DNA from: Perkinsus olseni
Taxonomy: Eukaryota
DNA length: 54,877 nt
Assembly: GCA_013115125.1 (NCBI GenBank)
Contig: JABANN010000192.1
Coordinates: 1 to 54,877 of the forward strand
Reading direction: 5' to 3'
Position numbers and translations under genes: made by a program. Shown here in pieces: positions 49,812 to 54,877 of the stretch. The notes beneath the pieces are model-generated. The model saw only the letters and a list, made by a program, of their open reading frames with translations. It searched no databases and had not been told where the DNA came from. How positions within the stretch are numbered: position 1 is the first letter of the stretch; each line of letters opens with the position of its first letter.

Positions 49812-51128
49812 ATGGCACTTCGCAAAACAGTGCTGATGGCACGCGGGTCGTCAAGAAGAAGCTTCGCGAAGACGTCCAGGTCGTCCCGAATCCCGTCCAT
49901 GGCTGAGTAAGCTCCTCGAGATCCTCTGGCTGCCGCCTACTCTCCGCGCATCAGTTACTTGAGCACAGAGAGAGGCCGTACTCCTGCGCACAACATGACG
50001 ACAGCGGCGGAAGGAGTGGCCTCACTGATCGGTCGGGCTCCAACCAGCAGCGCAGCATTGAAGAGAGAGGTTCACTCCTGCAGGATACGGATTGAAAGAT
50101 TCTTCGTTTTTCAGGCGGTTGAGTCACGCATCAACGTCTTGGTGACGGAGATTGACTCCTTGAGGACGGCATTGCGGTAGCGGACCTGAGCTCGCCGCTG
50201 GACCTCCAGCTGAGTTGAATTTTCCCAGGCTCGCTACAGAGCAGTCGGCGTCGTTGAAGGGCGAGTTGGAGAAGACAGTGCAAGAATCCGAGCGGGTCGC
50301 TGGTGAGCCTGATGATGCTGATGACCAGCAGTGGTTTGTTCGCCTAGCCTCCGCTCGAGAGGAGGCTGAGAAGATACAGCAGAAGTATCTAGAGTTGAAG
50401 GCGGAGATGGACAAGTTAACTTCTGGTATCCTGAGGTTGATGCTTGTAGGAGTCGTGAGATGTCACTTGATGGGCAGGCAAAACGGCGAAGAAGTCATCC
50501 GGAGGCTTCGACGAGCTTCCGGACCCGGAATCAGAGGAGCTGGTTGCGTGGCGATTGCGTTCCCAGGATCTCGAGCAAGAGCTTGACGATCTTAAACGAG
50601 ACTATCAGCAGATGGAGAAGGATTGGTCTGACAGGTGGGCTACTCGCTGGTCCTTGGCACTCGATGGAATCTTCCGTCGTTTCAGGTTAGTCGAAGAACA
50701 GGGCAATCGAGCACTGCCGATCGTGATGGTGGCTTCGTGTGTTGCTCTGACCGTTGGAGCTGGAAGTTGGCCATGTTGAACTCAGCGTTCTGTTTACTCT
50801 TGCGTTCGCAGGTGTCTACGCTGTTAACCATTACCATCACAAAGACAGGTTGAAGATGTGCGAACGACAATTAGAGTTTGAGAATCGGTACCGTCGCAAC
50901 CTTCTCTCACAGGAAAGAGAGAATCTTTCCTCAGTATTTCCACCCTGGATCGAGCTTACACGGAGACGCTCATGAAACTGTCCACAACGGAGAAGGCATT
51001 GGCTTCTGCTGACGCGGAGATCACTCGGTGACTTGGTGTGACGTATCTTTGCGTATCTTTTATCACATTTTAGATTACAACAACCTCCTGACCATCAACA
51101 TAGACCTGCATGGTGGAAGTTCTGGTGA
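49812..51128 (+). CDS. Hypothetical coiled-coil membrane protein, possible mitochondrial presequence
   Basis: MALRKTVLMARGSSRRSFAK N-terminus, coiled-coil exons, hydrophobic segment, ends RPAWWKFW*. Confidence 0.5.
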
Positions 51129-51661
51129 CGAGCTTAGTTTCTGGCCGAATCGATTCGACTTGAGTTGAGTGTTTGCGGCGCGAAAGTGCGCTGTTGGAAT
51201 CTCGCTCGCCCGAAAATATAGCGCGCGCCCGGGCGTTCTCGCTGTGTTTTCGATCGCTTGCGTTCATTCTTTGCATGTCGAAATTTTCTGGAAGTTTGTA
51301 ATTGTCGACGATGAGGTCGAACGGCAAGTTTGAAGATACTACATCATTATGGGTAGATAGCTCGGTGAGGTCGACATCCACGTCAACGGCGAGACGAAGG
51401 ATACTCTGAGAAATATCTTTTTGTCAAACTCGATAGAACTTTGAGGGTACTGTGACGCGACGTTATCAGACTGGTATCATCCTTGGCCTTGGGTTGGCGG
51501 CCACTTTGGGGATCATGCTGGACGAGATGGCGTATCTTTGGGTCGTCTATCGTTCTTCACGAGTACAAGGATACCACTGCTATAATCATCATCATCATCC
51601 GTAATATAACCTGCCCGATGACAGTGAAGTTGTTGCTCCGTTCGCTTTCGTCAATAACTTC

Positions 51662-53492
<1,831 letters not shown>

Positions 53493-54428
53493 AGAAACCC
53501 AGGGAGGTGATGACGGCTACCGATGTAGTATGAAGATTAAGCCGGTGGTTATTATGGTAAAGAGCTTTGGTGAGCATCAACCCTGTAGTACCAATTTTGT
53601 GACGTGTTGAGTTTACAAGTCGTAGGGAGTAACGGACAGGCTTTGCAAAGGGTTAATGAACCGTGTGTGTAATCACAAATGAGGATACGCGCATCTCAAG
53701 GTGAACGGGATAGAGTTGAAGCTGCTGCATCGTAGGAGTTATGAGCTTGCGTTCTTGTTGCTTGGCCGTGACTCAGGGCCCCTGAGTCGTAGTTCTGGAA
53801 ACGCACGCTCAAAAAAGCAGCGGAGACTCTCTCTGAGTTCACATGCGAACCCTGAGAGTTAAACTCTCACGGACCTTCGGAAGGTGAGACCTCTTTATCG
53901 GGAGGCTGTCCTGGCCAGGTCATGCGGGTGAAGGTCACCTTGGTTTTTCTTTGAGCCTCATGTTATGTAGTGGATGCCATCCACTGGAAGTAGTGAATGC
54001 CGCTTCTTCTTGTGGTGGCGAAGGCTGTCGATATAAGCTCCACAAAAGCCGTATCTTCAGGGCATACCACTCCATTCCCAATTGCACGCGAATTGTACCA
54101 CCTGGAACTGTGACGACCTTAGGTAAGTAAGCCGGGTGTGTAGCAAGCACCTGTGACCCATGCGGGGGCGAGATGTGAGTGAATGGCGTGTCGTGCCGAG
54201 AGTCGGTCGGAGATCAGCAGCCCATCCCAAGGGGCCACTAAGTTCGGGTGGGTAGGCGGAAGTCATCACATCCGAACATCCGAAGTCGCGGGCACTGGCT
54301 AAGGCTGGGAACAGAGCAGGCAATACCGCGCGGTGGAACCGGTGAGGGCGGATAGCGGCTGAGAGATCAACACTCTAGGCAATAACGAGATGCCAAACAC
54401 AAAGATCGTTTTGCCACCTGTCGGACTC

Positions 54429-54877
54429 CAGGGGCCTATTCAAGTTCCCGCTTTCCCGAGTCCGAGCGATCGGAAGGGAACCCTTCCCGAACTTGGGAAA
54501 TTCTTCTATGTTCAAGTCCAATTGTGACGGAGGACTCGGAACCGAGCGCTTGGAAAACATCTCCGAGTTCCGAGTCCGAGTTGAGACGGTACAAAGCCCG
54601 ACTCTGCAATTCAAGTGCGAAGAGTGTCTTTGGTTTCCGAGCATATTTTCTCCGAGACGCGCACGGTACTGATTCCGAGCCCCCCGATTCCCGAGACAAC
54701 GCAACATTCCGCGTTTGGTCATCAATAGCGTAATACACAGTTCAATACGCCAACAACACTTATTCTACGACGAAACATACTGTTCACAGCGCTAGCAGTG
54801 CTAACTTAGCATACTCGAGATGTACCTCCACTTCAAAGTTTTATGCGAAATATGATAACGGTCCACAATTGCGGCTT
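54429..54877. mobile_element. Possible terminus of a DNA transposon
   Basis: CAGGGG start followed by dense CCGAG and TTCAAGT motifs resembling subterminal repeats; partner end not in the window. Confidence 0.3.

Overview
Gene-dense eukaryotic genomic DNA with many very short (~40-60 nt) spliceosomal introns and co-oriented gene blocks separated by ~80-200 nt spacers. This architecture and the gene content suggest an alveolate of the Perkinsus type (inference, not a database result). Most ORF-track entries are exon fragments or shadows, so gene models were assembled by hand and exon boundaries are approximate. Recognisable genes: PRP38-like, peroxisomal carrier, two divergent type III glutamine synthetases flanking RPL36 and a snoRNA cluster, a PDI-like ER protein with tRNA-Pro nested antisense in an intron, TAF12-like, SF-assemblin, ecdysoneless, ALY/REF-like, two near-identical phosphoserine aminotransferases, RluA-type pseudouridine synthase, SCPx-type thiolase, VMA21-like, mitochondrial uS12 (carrying a hAT-type MITE), vacuolar sorting receptor, NOT3 and UAP56. 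The most notable unexplained signals are a ~750 nt G-U-rich, pseudoknotted RNA-like structure between the two PSAT genes, structured long introns in NOT3, H/ACA snoRNAs with an apparent variant H box, and probable antisense genes nested in long introns.
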